Source: Veleropilina oligotropha (taxonomy: Eukaryota). From it: DNA of 64,000 nt. The notes under the pieces are model-generated. The model saw only the letters and a program-made list of their open reading frames with translations, was not told where the DNA came from and searched no databases. The DNA lies in assembly GCA_048128005.1 (NCBI GenBank), contig JBEUKZ010000111.1, positions 1-64,000 of the forward strand, written 5' to 3'. Shown piece by piece: positions 1 to 12,921 of the stretch; the stretch's first letter is position 1; each line of letters begins with the position of its first letter. Position numbers and translations under genes: made by a program.

Positions 1-1367
1 CCTCATGAGCAACCTGTGTACCAAATATGAACAAAATCGCTGAAAGGGAACGGTAGTTATCGTCCGGAAATCAAAGCGTGACAGACAGACGGACGGACGG
101 TACGAAAACAATATGTCTCCCCACAGAGACATAATTAAAAATGAATCCAAATAAATAAAAAATGTCACGTGAAGTGGTGATCTACCTCATGGAGGTTTCA
201 GAGAGAGTATATATTAGGCAGGTGGTGATCTACCTCATGGAGGCTCCAGAGAGAGTATATATATTAGGCACGAAAGGAACGACAACTCTTGCTGCTTGGA
301 GAATGGTGACAATCCATATAAGCATATAACACCACACCTGTCACCTGTCACCTTTAAAATAGGAGTCTTAATAATTGTTGTCTGATCATCTTTAAGAATG
401 ACCGGAACTACGGTGAACCCTATCTTGTGTAAAAAATTTGAGTAAATCGGATCATTGGTTGTTGAGATGTTGAGATAGACATGTTACATGTAGTGCTGAA
501 AATCCGCAAATTTATGGAAAAATGCGTCATAAAATCAGGATCTTCTATCCGACTCTGATCATCTTTGAGGAGGATCAAGTCTAGGGCGGACACTATCTTA
601 TGACCAAAAATTGAGTTAATTGAATCAATGATTGTTGAGATATGCTCGTGGACAGACAATTTGCAAACCGGAAATTGCGTTATAAAATCCTGATCCGCTT
701 TCCGATTCGGATCATCTTTGAGGACCGAGTGTAGGTTGGACCCATCTCGTGTACAAAAATGAAATAAATAAATCGGATCAATGGTTGTTGAGATATGCTA
801 ACGGACAGACAGACAGATAGACAAACCGACCCAATTGCTCCTCCCAACAACATGAGTAAAGTGGCTATTCAAATCAGCAAGTGCAGTTTACAAGAAGCAG
901 AACTGCTCTGTTATATATTGAATTTGGAGGACAGATAGGCAATTCATTCATTTATTTGTTTCACTAATAATTTCAAAAGCACCTATATACATGTGTGACA
1001 ACTTGGTTTTACGACCACTTTTGGCAATTTTTCAAACAGAGTAGGCCGCTGGCTGGCCACGTACCCGGGGGCTCCTTGCAGCTCTCTCGGTTGAGTGTCT
1101 GATGCACTATCCACTCACGAGCTGAAGTAATATATTCCAATATAATGAGCAACTAGTGTAATAAAATATTGCTTGAAATATGCTGTTCTGAGTTATATAT
1201 GATTTGCCCATAATTTCCTCAACATTTGTCATAATTACAGGTGTGCAACGTGACAAAGAGACAGCTATATATATATAGCCTTTGATCTGATTCTCATATA
1301 TTTGTCACACTCATATTACAGATCAATGTGATCATCATTATCCACTAAATACAGGTGAAACTAGATA

Positions 1368-2082
1368 ACAAGTGATGGGGTGCCATCACAGTGGGCCCCG
1401 CTCCACCTATATAACTCGATAGACATTCACATGTGAGCAATAATTGTTATATATGCAAAAATATAAGGTAAATTTACATTGACCATTTGATGAAGCTTAT
1501 ACTGTTGATACTCCAAAATCATTATGCACTGGATATTTCCAACATAAAAGCTATACATGATGATATTGAATTGTGTCACAAACTGTTACCTCTCTCACCT
1601 TGATGTACCTGTAGTCAGAGACAGACAGAAACTAAACATTAAATCATATGAAAAAATGAACTATTTAATACCAAATGTAAGCTTTAACCAAACACCTTAA
1701 CCAAGATATTTTATGCAAAATTCCCTCCAATATCCATTAAACCTGTCAAATTCCTTTCAATAATACCACTACAGCATGTAGGAACATTCCCTTGTTCATT
1801 TATTAGCATACATATAGAGCTAAGTTTGTTAACAGAAGCGTTAACCTGAACCTTAACCAAATATGCAACGGAGCAGAAGCTTTAACCTGGCACATTAACC
1901 AAGTCATTTTCTATTAAATATTCTGAATTTTTTTTTTTTACAAATATCTTCATTTATTGCCATACATTCAGGGCAAAGTGTGTTAACAGAAGCGTTAAGC
2001 TGAACCTTAACCAAATCTGCGACGGACGGACGGAAGGATGGAAAAGGTGATCACTATAGGGCCGCCTTGCGGGGCCATAATT
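1368..2082 (-). mobile_element. Non-autonomous HINE/DINE-1-like element (probably Helentron-associated)
   Basis: On + it begins AACAAG followed by a hairpin (GTGATGG..CCATCAC), has internal AACCTTAACC repeats and a (GACG/GGAC)n microsatellite, and ends with a GC hairpin and AT tail. A near-identical end occurs at ~3400-3483. Boundaries approximate. Confidence 0.5.
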
Positions 2083-5000
2083 ATTTATTTGGTTTGATTT
2101 GAATTTATTTCAAATATTAGCTGATAATTTGAACCCTGACCAGTTGACCAGAGTGATATTGGACACTGTATACAGTCTGCTCTTGTATAATGACAACCAG
2201 AATTCGACCCACTAATGTTCATGTCATTGGAATCAAGTCAGAGATTTTTGGTAGTCCACAACCGATAGCACACGGTCGTCGAATCGGCCAATGTATGTTT
2301 GAAGAAACTCTAACCTGAATCATGAACAAAAGCGTGGCGGATAAAATTAAAAAAATTTGCTAGAGACATGATGAAAATCAATCATGAAACTTCTTGACAT
2401 ATAAAAAAGATTTTTTTTTTTAATAATTTTTGTAATTTATGATTATTTAAAAAAAAATATGTATGCACTTTTTTCAGCTCATAAGGTTTGCACATGTGAA
2501 GTTTGAAGTTGAACTGATGCTAGAGTGAAAAGATATATGGAAACAAAGCAAAATCTTAACACAGATTTAATGATTACTATGATGACAAAGTCATTGTACT
2601 ATATAATATATGTTATATACTAATATTCAGCATCCGAAGCATTCATTTAACATCAGTACCCATGAAACATCTATTGTTATGTTGATCTAGATCTTATAGT
2701 TTTGAGAAACAGAGCCAAACGCAAATCTTCAGAAATCAAACAAGTAGAAACTTTGACCTGGGACCTTAACCAGAAGATTGGGCAAAACAAACGTTAACCT
2801 GGGGCCTTAACCTGAAGATTGGGCAAATGAATCTTTAACCTGGGATCTTATTAGAAGATTGGGCAAATGAAACTCTACTGTGATCATAACCTTAAGATTG
2901 AGCATATGGCACATTAACCTGGGACATTCACTGACCATGGGATAGTTTACTCTTGATCGGCATCATAGCATGATCAAAGAAGCTGTTGGATATTCCGAAC
3001 AGGGAAGCTATATACAAGTATATAACCTCATAAACTATCACCTTAAGTCTCACTGCTTACTGTGCCTGTAGCATACACTACAAGCCTAGAGCAAGTCTGA
3101 CAGAGAGACAAGTGATCGACTTTCACCAAAGTTGTTTATATTTAAAAATAATAAAAATAATAATTAAACAAGTGGTCGACATTCAATAAAGTTGTTTATA
3201 TTTAAAAATCATAATTAATCCCAATGGAACCTTAACCAAGGTAATTTGAATCAAATTCCATTAAGTAAAGCCTATTAATAGTAGTTGAGTACCTACTCTT
3301 CTTTATTTATTTATTGTCTATTATTTATACTTTGCCACATCAGCAGATTGCGCAAAAGAAACTTTAACCTGGGACCTTAACCTTAAGATTGAGCAAATGA
3401 AAGAATGTGCAGGTCGGACGGACGGAAGGACGGACGGACGGACGGAAAAGGTGATCACTATAGGCTCCCTGCGGGGCCTAATAATTACAGGTGGATCACA
3501 TCCTTCTATTAATTATCTGTGTGTTTGTTTGTTTGTCCTTCAAATATCTCGAGAACCGTCGACCCGATTGTCTTCAAAGTTGGTGGGTGCATGACTGGCG
3601 ACCCCGGGGAGTGCATATCAAAAGGTCAATGCCAACGGATATAGATTAAGGATGTTTTTAGCATTTTTCCGAAAACATAGCGCTAAGGGCAAGTTCAATA
3701 GTAGCTAACGTTACCTAACGCTTCTTGGGATAATGAACGACAGGTGATAATTTTCGTCATACGAACAAATCAAGTCTCTAAATAAACAAGTAATTTAGAA
3801 AGTACAAGAATACATATTTTGCATCTGCATATTAATTCCATACTGCTGTTATTATTGAACATATACGTGTTGTAGATAACCCATTTAACTATTAAAATTA
3901 ACTTCATTAGGTATAGGATGAATTTTACTGCACATAACCATCGCAAATTAAATTAAACCCCCCCTCCATGTTCGAGCAAAGTTGTTATTTACAATGCAAG
4001 ACAGCAGAGAGCAAAAAAATAAGAAAAATATATAGACATTTAATAGCATTATTATGATAGATTAACTTTTAGTTAAGTATTATTCAGACTATTCGACGTC
4101 TTCGCATGTATTTCAATTTTTTTTATTTCCTGGCAAACACAAGTGTCCGCTGACCGTTCTATTTCGCTCAAGTTTTGTTCAGAAACCGTTCAACTTGAAT
4201 AGTTAGCTAATGTTAGGTAATATTATCTAACGTTTACTTCCATTGAACTCAGCCCAAAACAAATACAAAGATACAAAGGGAAGTAATACATTAAACACAA
4301 TATGCTTCAACAAAGATAATTTATTATTTGAAAAAGTATGGTACTATAGACGATCGTCATTGAAACGAGTCTATTGTATTTTCCTTTATTAAATGATAAA
4401 CATGTTTTTAAAAGCCTACTTATTTTTTATGCCGGGAAAGTACGGTACGATATAAATTCGTCATTGAAACGACGAGTTGATTTCAACGTGCTTTTGCACT
4501 GGAAACCAATGTTCGAATATTTGTAAAAATCTGTCAGTGTAAAAGCCTCAACTAACACATACAAATTCATTTCCCAATGTCTTTTTCTTCCAAAATCAGT
4601 TAAATTCATTTGACTTTCAACCCCGGATTTCAACATACCCCAAACTACATATCACAAATTACCCTACAAATTTTTAATCTGACAGACCAAAATATTATAA
4701 TAGTACAGTGGGTACTTCACATGTACTCTCCCCAGGTGTCAGGAAGTGCCCCTATCGATTTAGGGGTTGAAAGATCAATACCTCAATGATTTGGGCGTCT
4801 AGAGATTTAATTACCCCACGGGCACTGGCTAGTATTTTAAATTTCGCAATTTCACAAACTGCTCATATATACCGTGTAGATCTTCCGTATCAGACTCGCT
4901 AAACAGTTATCATACCTCCTCCGCCTGTACCTTCGCGCAATTAATAACGAGCACGAAGTGCGAGCTCTTATAGGCTAACATGTGTGTAGAAAATAATGAA

Positions 5001-5499
5001 TTCTCAACAAACTCGTCTAGGCCTACCGTCCAGGCATTCTGGGATTTGCAGGTTCTGCAAAAACATGGGAGCTTTATGGGTAGGATATTTTTTCTATTTG
5101 TCAAGAGTGTCAAGCCCGAAGCGCTTGCAAATTAAACATGCTTATGACAGGCGCTACAAATAATGAATTCCGCTGAAGTTTTAAAGTCAAATCTCGGATA
5201 AGCGTTGCAACTAAGCGTACAGGCTGGTGTATGCGGTGACGTCATTGCGCTGATCGACTTTGTCGGGTGTCGTCTTGGCAACGAGATAATGATTCGGTAA
5301 ATTCGCGGAGCGGAGTTAACCGATCGATACAACTAAGGCAATCGAGCCAATACAAGTATGTCAATAAACTAGTTGGAAGAATTAATAATTTGTTTGTGTT
5401 ACTAAAATTAAATATTAGTTTTAAACTTTGTAATTAGTTTTAACTATCGAATCCTCGACCAAGCAAGTCGAGGGGATGTATCCCCTCACACGGTAGCTC

Positions 5500-6372
5500 A
5501 AACCAATAGGCACCATGTCCTTATCATACCAAATTTGAATCAAATCAGATTAGAACTTTTCACTGTAGATCACACATAAGAAATATCTCAAATAAAATGG
5601 CTGCCGCGACGGCCATCTCAGAACCGAAAACGACGAAAATCTTTAGGTGGCATGTCCTCATATCAACTAAAGGGCATAACTTTTCACTGTAGAGAAATCT
5701 CGTCAAACAAAATGGCCACCATGGCGGCCATCTTGTATCGGAAAACGACGTAAATCTTTAGGCGGCATGTACTCATCATAACGAACGCGCATACCCAATA
5801 TGAATCAAATCGAATAATAACTGTTCACTGTAGAGCGCACACAGGATATCTCTCTAAACAAAATGGCCGCCACGGCAGCCATCTTGGATCCAAAAACGAC
5901 GAAAATCGTCAGGTGGCGTGTCATCATCATAACTGACGTACATACTAAATTTGAATCAAATCGGATTATAACTTTTCACTGTAGAGCGCGCATACGAAAT
6001 CTCGACAAACAAAATGGCCACCATGGTGGCCATCTTGTATCCGAAAATGACGTAAATCTTTAGGTGACATGTACTTATCATAACGAATGCGCATACCAAA
6101 TATGAATCAAATATTAGGATAATAACTTTTCACTGTAGAGCGCACAGAGTAAATCTATCCAAACAAGATGGCCGCCACGGCGGCCATTTTGGATCCGAAA
6201 ACGACGAAAATTGTGTGTCCTCGTCATAACTAACGTGCATACCAAATTTGAATCAAATCTGATTAGAACCTCTCACTGTAGAGCGCACACAAGAAATCTC
6301 TGCGGCGGACGCGGCAGTTGAATGATGCATAAACCATACTATCCCCGAAATGTTAAAATTCAGGGATACAAT
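5500..6372. repeat. ~120/240-bp tandem repeat array, probably inside a HINE-like element
   Basis: Recurring units AAATTTGAATCAAATCGGAT..AACTTTTCACTGTAGAGCGC..AAAATGGCCGCC..GGCCATCTT; ends in a CCCCG..CAGGGGATA-like hairpin. Confidence 0.75.
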
Positions 6373-9300
6373 AATTATATATATATGTACATATATATGC
6401 CATATCTGAGTGCTCGTTTCTAGGTAGCACCTACAACATATTAACGTAAAACATGAACCAATTAACATAAAAATACACGTACTAGAATATGCAAGTAAAC
6501 ATGCAACAACTGGGCGCTGATATATTGTTTTATGCAGCAAATCACCTTCTGTGTATTGATTGGTTGAAATAATAAGTCACCATTCACATACACAATGTGA
6601 ATCCCGTTATTACGGGAACTCAGGATATAGTAGAGTAAGGAATTCCTGGAATATCGGGAATTCGCGTTCAAAGAGATTAGCCAGTACAATTTGAAATTCA
6701 GAAACCTGACCTGCATATCACAGCTCCAGACATTATATATGATTGTGTCATGCCCTGAGTTGCACAGATAGTAATAATCCTTCAGTAAAGCAAGAACAAT
6801 TCCAATTAATTAACATAAAATTAAACTGTACCCAGATGGCCCTGCCATTTCTTGCTCCACTTCTTTCTCCTTCAGCGCGACAGGCTTGCTGCATTGATCC
6901 ATTCTGCTTCCTGGTACTATCTGTCTGCTTATCTGCGCCAAAGTCATATCATCTGGAAAGACCATGCAATAATTAGGGCTTATGAAAGACTTGAAGACAT
7001 ATTGAAATTAATAAGGATTATTATTATTCTTATTAGGGCTTCAGACTTGAAAGTCTTGAAGACCTATTGATTTGATTCCGTTTATTATTATTATTGTCAC
7101 GTTTTTCCTTCCAGAGGTAACTAGAAAACGGCAATAGGTCTACGAGCAAGGCAGGGCGGCGCAAATTGACTTCGTAGTGCACGTTGTTCGGCCGCCATCT
7201 TGAATTTTGTAAAACTTTAAAAAAATCTTCTTCTCAAAAACCGCCCATAGCAGCGTGGCAAGACTTTCCATATATGATTGACGTATCAAAGCGAGTTTAA
7301 ATTGCCAGCGAAAGAGCGAGCGAAAGAGCGATCGGTCGCAAATGGAGGCCGCTGCGGGCGTCTCAATATTGCGACACTGTGTTTTTTTCAACACTTTTAA
7401 AATCGACGATAGCTCTTTTTCCGTTGTAAATATTCTGTGTAACTTTCGACGAGGGGTGGGTGCCCACACTAAGTTCTGTTTGCCGCAAAGAGATCGTTGA
7501 TGCGACTTGTGGTTACTCAGCAATATTAAAATATTTAAAATGCACTTTCCTCATTACTTTTTGGTCCGTGTGAAGTGAATTTCGACAGGTGCTGATGTCA
7601 TAGCATCTTTATACTGTTTTGTGAACGAAAAGCTGTCAGCATATGCGCATGACGATTTCAATTTTAAAATTAAAATAGATGCCGTTCCTTTAATTTTAGG
7701 TGAAATTACAGACACAATAATTCATTTGATTCTCATGACAGCATGAAGTAGCTCTAATGGAATATGTATCTAAAATATTGACCATTGGTTGCATTTAAGC
7801 ATAATATTAAATTTAAAGTTTTAAATTTTAAAACGTTGATAATACAGTTAATAATTGTGTCATGATGTTGAAATTTAATTGAAGATTAATATCTGTACAA
7901 TGAATACAAATTTCAAGTTTCATGAAATTTGAATCATCGATTGACTATCAAAGGTTAATTTCATTTTAGTCATTAATATCATTAACAGTTGGTTGACAAC
8001 TGAAGTAAACACGGAAGCGGATTCCGCCATCACATGTTAATCCAATGGTCATTAGCTATATATATCAATGTCACCACGTTGTATATATGCTGATATCAGG
8101 ATACATTAATTTCTCTCTCATCAAAGAATACATGCACAGCTGCTAGATGCAGGGTCTTGTCATTCCCAGACATCACGTGACTATACTATATAGTCTATAT
8201 CACAAATATCATTACAGTTTGTTTTTTCAATTTAACAAAGATTAACAAGTGAATCTTATTACTTAAAGGGACGCCGCACTACATTTCCGGCCCAACTCGG
8301 TTAATATTGATGCTAGATCTTAGATATTATAAATTAGCATAAACAAAATTCAAAAAAAATAAAAAAATTCGAAAAAAAGGTAAATTTGCGTGACAAATTT
8401 AAATTTGCCATAACTCCTATTATGATTTGACTAAACTGTTCAAACTTCGCAGACGTATTAGTGCATATGCTAAGTTACGTTTGCTAATTCGATTTGCCAG
8501 ATAAAATTGAAAAGCAGGAAGTGCCTCGACGGCCATTAAAGCATTTGTTTCAAGTGGCAATATATAAAAAAGGATGCACCATGAACACATGGTTACTATG
8601 GGGAGCCTATGGGAAGTCATGGTTGATCTTCCACATGTGACCTTGACCTTTGACCTCAGTTGACTTACATTACGGAAAATGACCTAATTAAGGAAAAATA
8701 CATGTTCGCCAGAAAATGGTCAGCAAATGGCCAACTCGGTTAATATTGATGCTAGAGCTTAGATATTTTAAATTAGGATAATTAAAATATACGAAAGAAC
8801 AACAAAATGGCCACAACATTGTCTTTGAAAAAGCCAGAACTCGAGACAGACCTGAAATTTGCGGAACATGATTCAGAGTAAAATTCAGACACGACACTCA
8901 TAGATTGCGGGTGTGGAACGACATTCAAGATGGCCACCTCTGAGAGATTCCTCGTGATCTCTCAAGACAGGCCATTTCTTAACGGAATGTTATCAAATTT
9001 GGTATGTGCATTGGTTTGGGAGAGGACACGGCACCTAGAGATTTTGGGTATGGTCCGACCTCCAAAATGGCCGATGTCGCCTCCATCTTGGATTTTAAAG
9101 CATAAAGCCAGCGAGGCGAAACTTTATACATATGATGGACGTCTTATGATGAAGATATATTGCAAACGAAAAATCAATCGGGCATAAGATAAGATGGCTG
9201 CGGGCTATAGGGCGCGATCAGCTTGAAGCCCTCTACAGCTGCTTTGCAGCTTTAATTGTCACTATTTTCCTTCCAAGTGCCCCTAGAAAACGGCAATACC

Positions 9301-10329
9301 CATGCAGGGGTCTGAAACTTTCACATAACATGGGTACCAGAGCAAGGCAGGTCGGCGCAATAAGTTGACTTCGTAGTGCACGTTGTTCGGCCACCATCTT
9401 GAATATATTATTGTTTAACGCGTTTTTCCTTCCAGAAGTAACTTGAAAACAGCATTAACCAGGCGTTTCAAACTTTCACATAACGTTGGTCAATAACCAA
9501 AGCAGGTCGGCGCAATAATTTATACTTCGTAGTCCACGGTGTTCGGCCGCCATCGTGAATATATTAAAATTTTAAAAACATCTCAAAAGTCGACAATGAC
9601 AGCGAGGGAAGACTTTCCAGATATGCTTGACATATTAAGGCGAATTTAAATTGAGGGTGAAAAATCGATGGTCGTAATAGGAGGCTGCTGCGAGCGTCTG
9701 AAGATGGCGGCAGACATTTAAATTTTTTTTAAAATGGCTCTATCTTGAAAATGATGCAACGTAGACACATGGTTACTATGGGGAGCCTATGGGGAAGTCA
9801 TGGTTGGGCTTTCAAATGTCATCATGACCTTTGACATCAGATGACCTACATAGCTCTGAATGACCTAATTAAGGAAAAATGCATATATGTGTGCCTATAG
9901 AGGATAAAGTGAACTCCTATTGACGTGTGGAGTCGACATTTACCAAATTTGCCAGATAAAATTGAAAAATTGGAAGTGCCTCGGCGGCCATTAAAACATT
10001 TGTTACAAGTGGCATTATATAAAAAAGGATGCTCCGTGGACACATGGTTATTATGGGGAGCCTATGGGAAGTCAAGGTTGATATTTCACATGTGACCTTG
10101 GCTTTTGACCTCAGTTGACCTACATTGCAGGAAATGACCTAATTAAGGAAAAAAGACATATGTTTGCCAGATAATGGTCAGGAAATGGCCAACTCGGTTA
10201 ATATTGATGCTAGAGCTTAGATATTTTAAATTAGGATAATTAAAAAATTCAAAAAAAAACAAAATGTGCACCACATTTTCATTAAAAACGTCAAAACTAG
10301 AGACCGACGGGGTGTACAGACCTGAAATT

Positions 10330-10890
10330 TGGGATATGAAGCATGCACATATCAAGTTTCGTGTCCCTCGGTCAAATAGTATGGGAGATATGGAGCTGAA
10401 GGGAATTTGGGACTGAATGCGGTCAAGCGTGGAAAGTAGGTCACAGTGACCTACTTTTGATACGCGACACACCTTTGGGTTATGACGCATCCACACATCA
10501 AGTTTCATGTCCCTAGGTCAAATAGCATGGGAGATATGGAGTGGACAGGAATTTTGGACCAAACGCAGTCAAACTTGAAAAGTAGGTCGCGGTGTCTGAC
10601 TTTTGGTATGCGGCACACCTTTGGGTTAAGATGCATGCACACATCAAGTTTTGTGTCCTTCGGTCAAATAGTATGGGAGATATTGAGTGGAAGAGAATTT
10701 TTGACCAAGTGCGATCAAGAGTGAAAAGTGGGTCGGTGACCTAATTTCGGTACGCGACACACCTTTGGGTTATGACGCATCCACATATCAACTTTCGTGT
10801 CCCTAGACGAAATATTATCGGAGATATGGAGCAGAAGGGAATTTGCAACAGACTGATAGACAGACAAGCAGACTCCTATATGCCGAAGGA
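10330..10890. repeat. Tandem repeat array (~120/150-bp units) ending in GACA microsatellite; HINE-like
   Basis: Repeated ATCAAGTTTCGTGTCCC..GGTCAAATAGTATGGGAGATATGGAG and GCGACACACCTTTGGGTTATGACGCATCCAC blocks. Confidence 0.7.
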
Positions 10891-11375
10891 AATTACCTTC
10901 AATATTATTTATTTAGTGTGAGGTAATGATGAAATAGTGATATCTAGCAAATAGAAATGTTAAAACATGCATATTGTTGCTTATATAGCATGATTGAGGA
11001 ACTTTAACCTGAGAACCAATTGTTGACGCCGGTCGGACGGACGGACATGCTGATGATGCATTATATGCCGTGGGGATAATAAAGGAGAATGAAAATTTTT
11101 GAATAAACATTCTTCGTTTATGTTAATAGCGTCAGAAATTTAAAATGAGGTTAAACAAATTTAATACATATTTGTGTGGTTGGTCCCCTTAATGCATGAT
11201 TCAGACTTAGATATACGCACGCACGCACACACGCACGCACATATATATATATTTATACGGGACTGACCAGTGTTTGCCGCTCTTGTGTTGTGCTCGCCCG
11301 AAGCACTACATCTGACTGCACGCCGGACTCTGCTGAGTAGTTGCCCCATTGATCGTTTATATGTTGGAGGTAGTT

Positions 11376-11543
11376 CTATTTCCTTATTCTGAACACAAGA
11401 TTGCAAGTCCTTTGGGGATCCCTAGCTAATCTACCAAGTTTCTCGGGTGGATGCGATGACACGATTTTGGTATTGGTGCTGTCTCCACCTCCTCTATTGC
11501 AACCTGATAACGTTTCACCCTCAGGTACTCCGTCGACATATGT
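11376..11543 (-). CDS. Possible terminal coding exon of a host gene (TYVDGVPEG...CNLVFRIRK*)
   Basis: Pyrimidine-rich acceptor TTTTCTTACAG ends at 11544; 56 codons in phase 0 to TAG; higher GC than flanks; no repeat copy seen in the window. No homology recognised. Confidence 0.3.
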   Translation of the reverse strand, partial: TYVDGVPEGETLSGCNRGGGDSTNTKIVSSHPPEKLGRLARDPQRTCNLVFRIRK

Positions 11544-11623
11544 CTGTAAGAAAAATATTATTGTAAGCAGAAATATAACACATACATACACCAGACTGTG
11601 TGTAATCTTAGTGATGTCCAGTA

Positions 11624-11625
<2 letters not shown>

Positions 11626-11672
<47 letters not shown>
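11626..11672. repeat. (TA)n microsatellite
   Basis: Directly visible pure TA run. Confidence 0.95.
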
Positions 11673-11674
<2 letters not shown>

Positions 11675-12423
11675 TCTACGAAAAAAGAAACGCACGCCCC
11701 ACTTTTATATCTTTCCAATACTAGGTTAACAATACCGGTATTGAAAATTTAATTCACCATCTTTTCTTCATTATCTCTACCAAAGAGGTTATGTTTTGAC
11801 CCTGCTTGATTGTTTGTCTATCTGTCAATAAGATGTCTCAAAAGTTACGGATTGATTTCGCACTGTCTCGACTCTTGGGCCAAGAACAAATCGATAAATA
11901 TTGGTGATTCAGATTTTCATTCGGATGTGAAGACGTCATATCCGGATTTAGTTTTGTTCTGCTCTAACGAGAAACCTATTGGTCGTAGAGACGTCTGGCT
12001 ACAACCATAGACTATGATGGTGAGCCTCGTCGGTCCTCGCATGGCAATGGCGGTGGCTTGTAGATTTATGTTTTAACACTAAACTGTTCATATATGAATA
12101 CTTTCACAGAATATATAAGATAAAATATGAAAATTTGTTAACATTATGAAATACTAGTCATGAAACTCATATTTTATACATATTATTTCATTTTCTTAAC
12201 CTATCAATATTGTATACCTACAATAAATATGACAAAATTATATAATAATAAAAATAACCATTATCATCATCTGAAAGATTATTATTTTCTGAATCCTCTG
12301 ATATATAGTTTTATATGTTATTGAGTGATATTAAAGTTATATCATATATACAATTAATTTACAATCTATACATGGCTGCCAATACGTTTTCGCGAAATTA
12401 ATTTGGTCGCTAAAAATAAAAAT

Positions 12424-12921
12424 AACAAGAACGACGCATTCGGATTATGCCTTGACCTTTGTCTGCCTGGACAGTCTGTTGTATATTAGTATACATTGTA
12501 TATTAGTACATGTGATTATACAATATAACATATTCATACTATGTATTTATTTCCAACTCATGATTTTCTGTCAGATGACAGATAAATTATATGATGTCAC
12601 TAATTATGACGTCATATTTGTGTCACACTATAATGATGTCATAGACGTCATAACTTGGCATAGGCCTGGTTACCATAGCAATTATGCATAAAAATGCCTA
12701 TAAAAAGCATATTTTACTAAATTTTGTACTGAAAGTTATATACACGACCTACAAATAGTCGTGATAATGTATATATACAAATTTTGGTAAAAATTGGTCT
12801 GGTAGTTTTCAAATAAATCGACGGATATTTATATATATATATATATGTATATACACACGGACCATTTGATAATGTCTTGTTCTTTTTTACAAAAAGGTCA
12901 AGACATAAAAATACACTTGAT
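12424..12921. mobile_element. Dispersed non-autonomous element (second copy at 15788-16222)
   Basis: Both copies start AACAAG(A/G)ACGACGC(A/G)TTCG and end AATGTCTTGT..TTTTTACAAAAAGGTCAAGACATAAAAA; last ~200 bp highly similar. Confidence 0.7.

Noticed and set aside
5500..6372. CRISPR-like repeat-spacer array (also 10330-10890, 49480-49692, 63776-64000)
   Set aside because: Eukaryotic context, degenerate tandem units without unique spacers, no cas genes.
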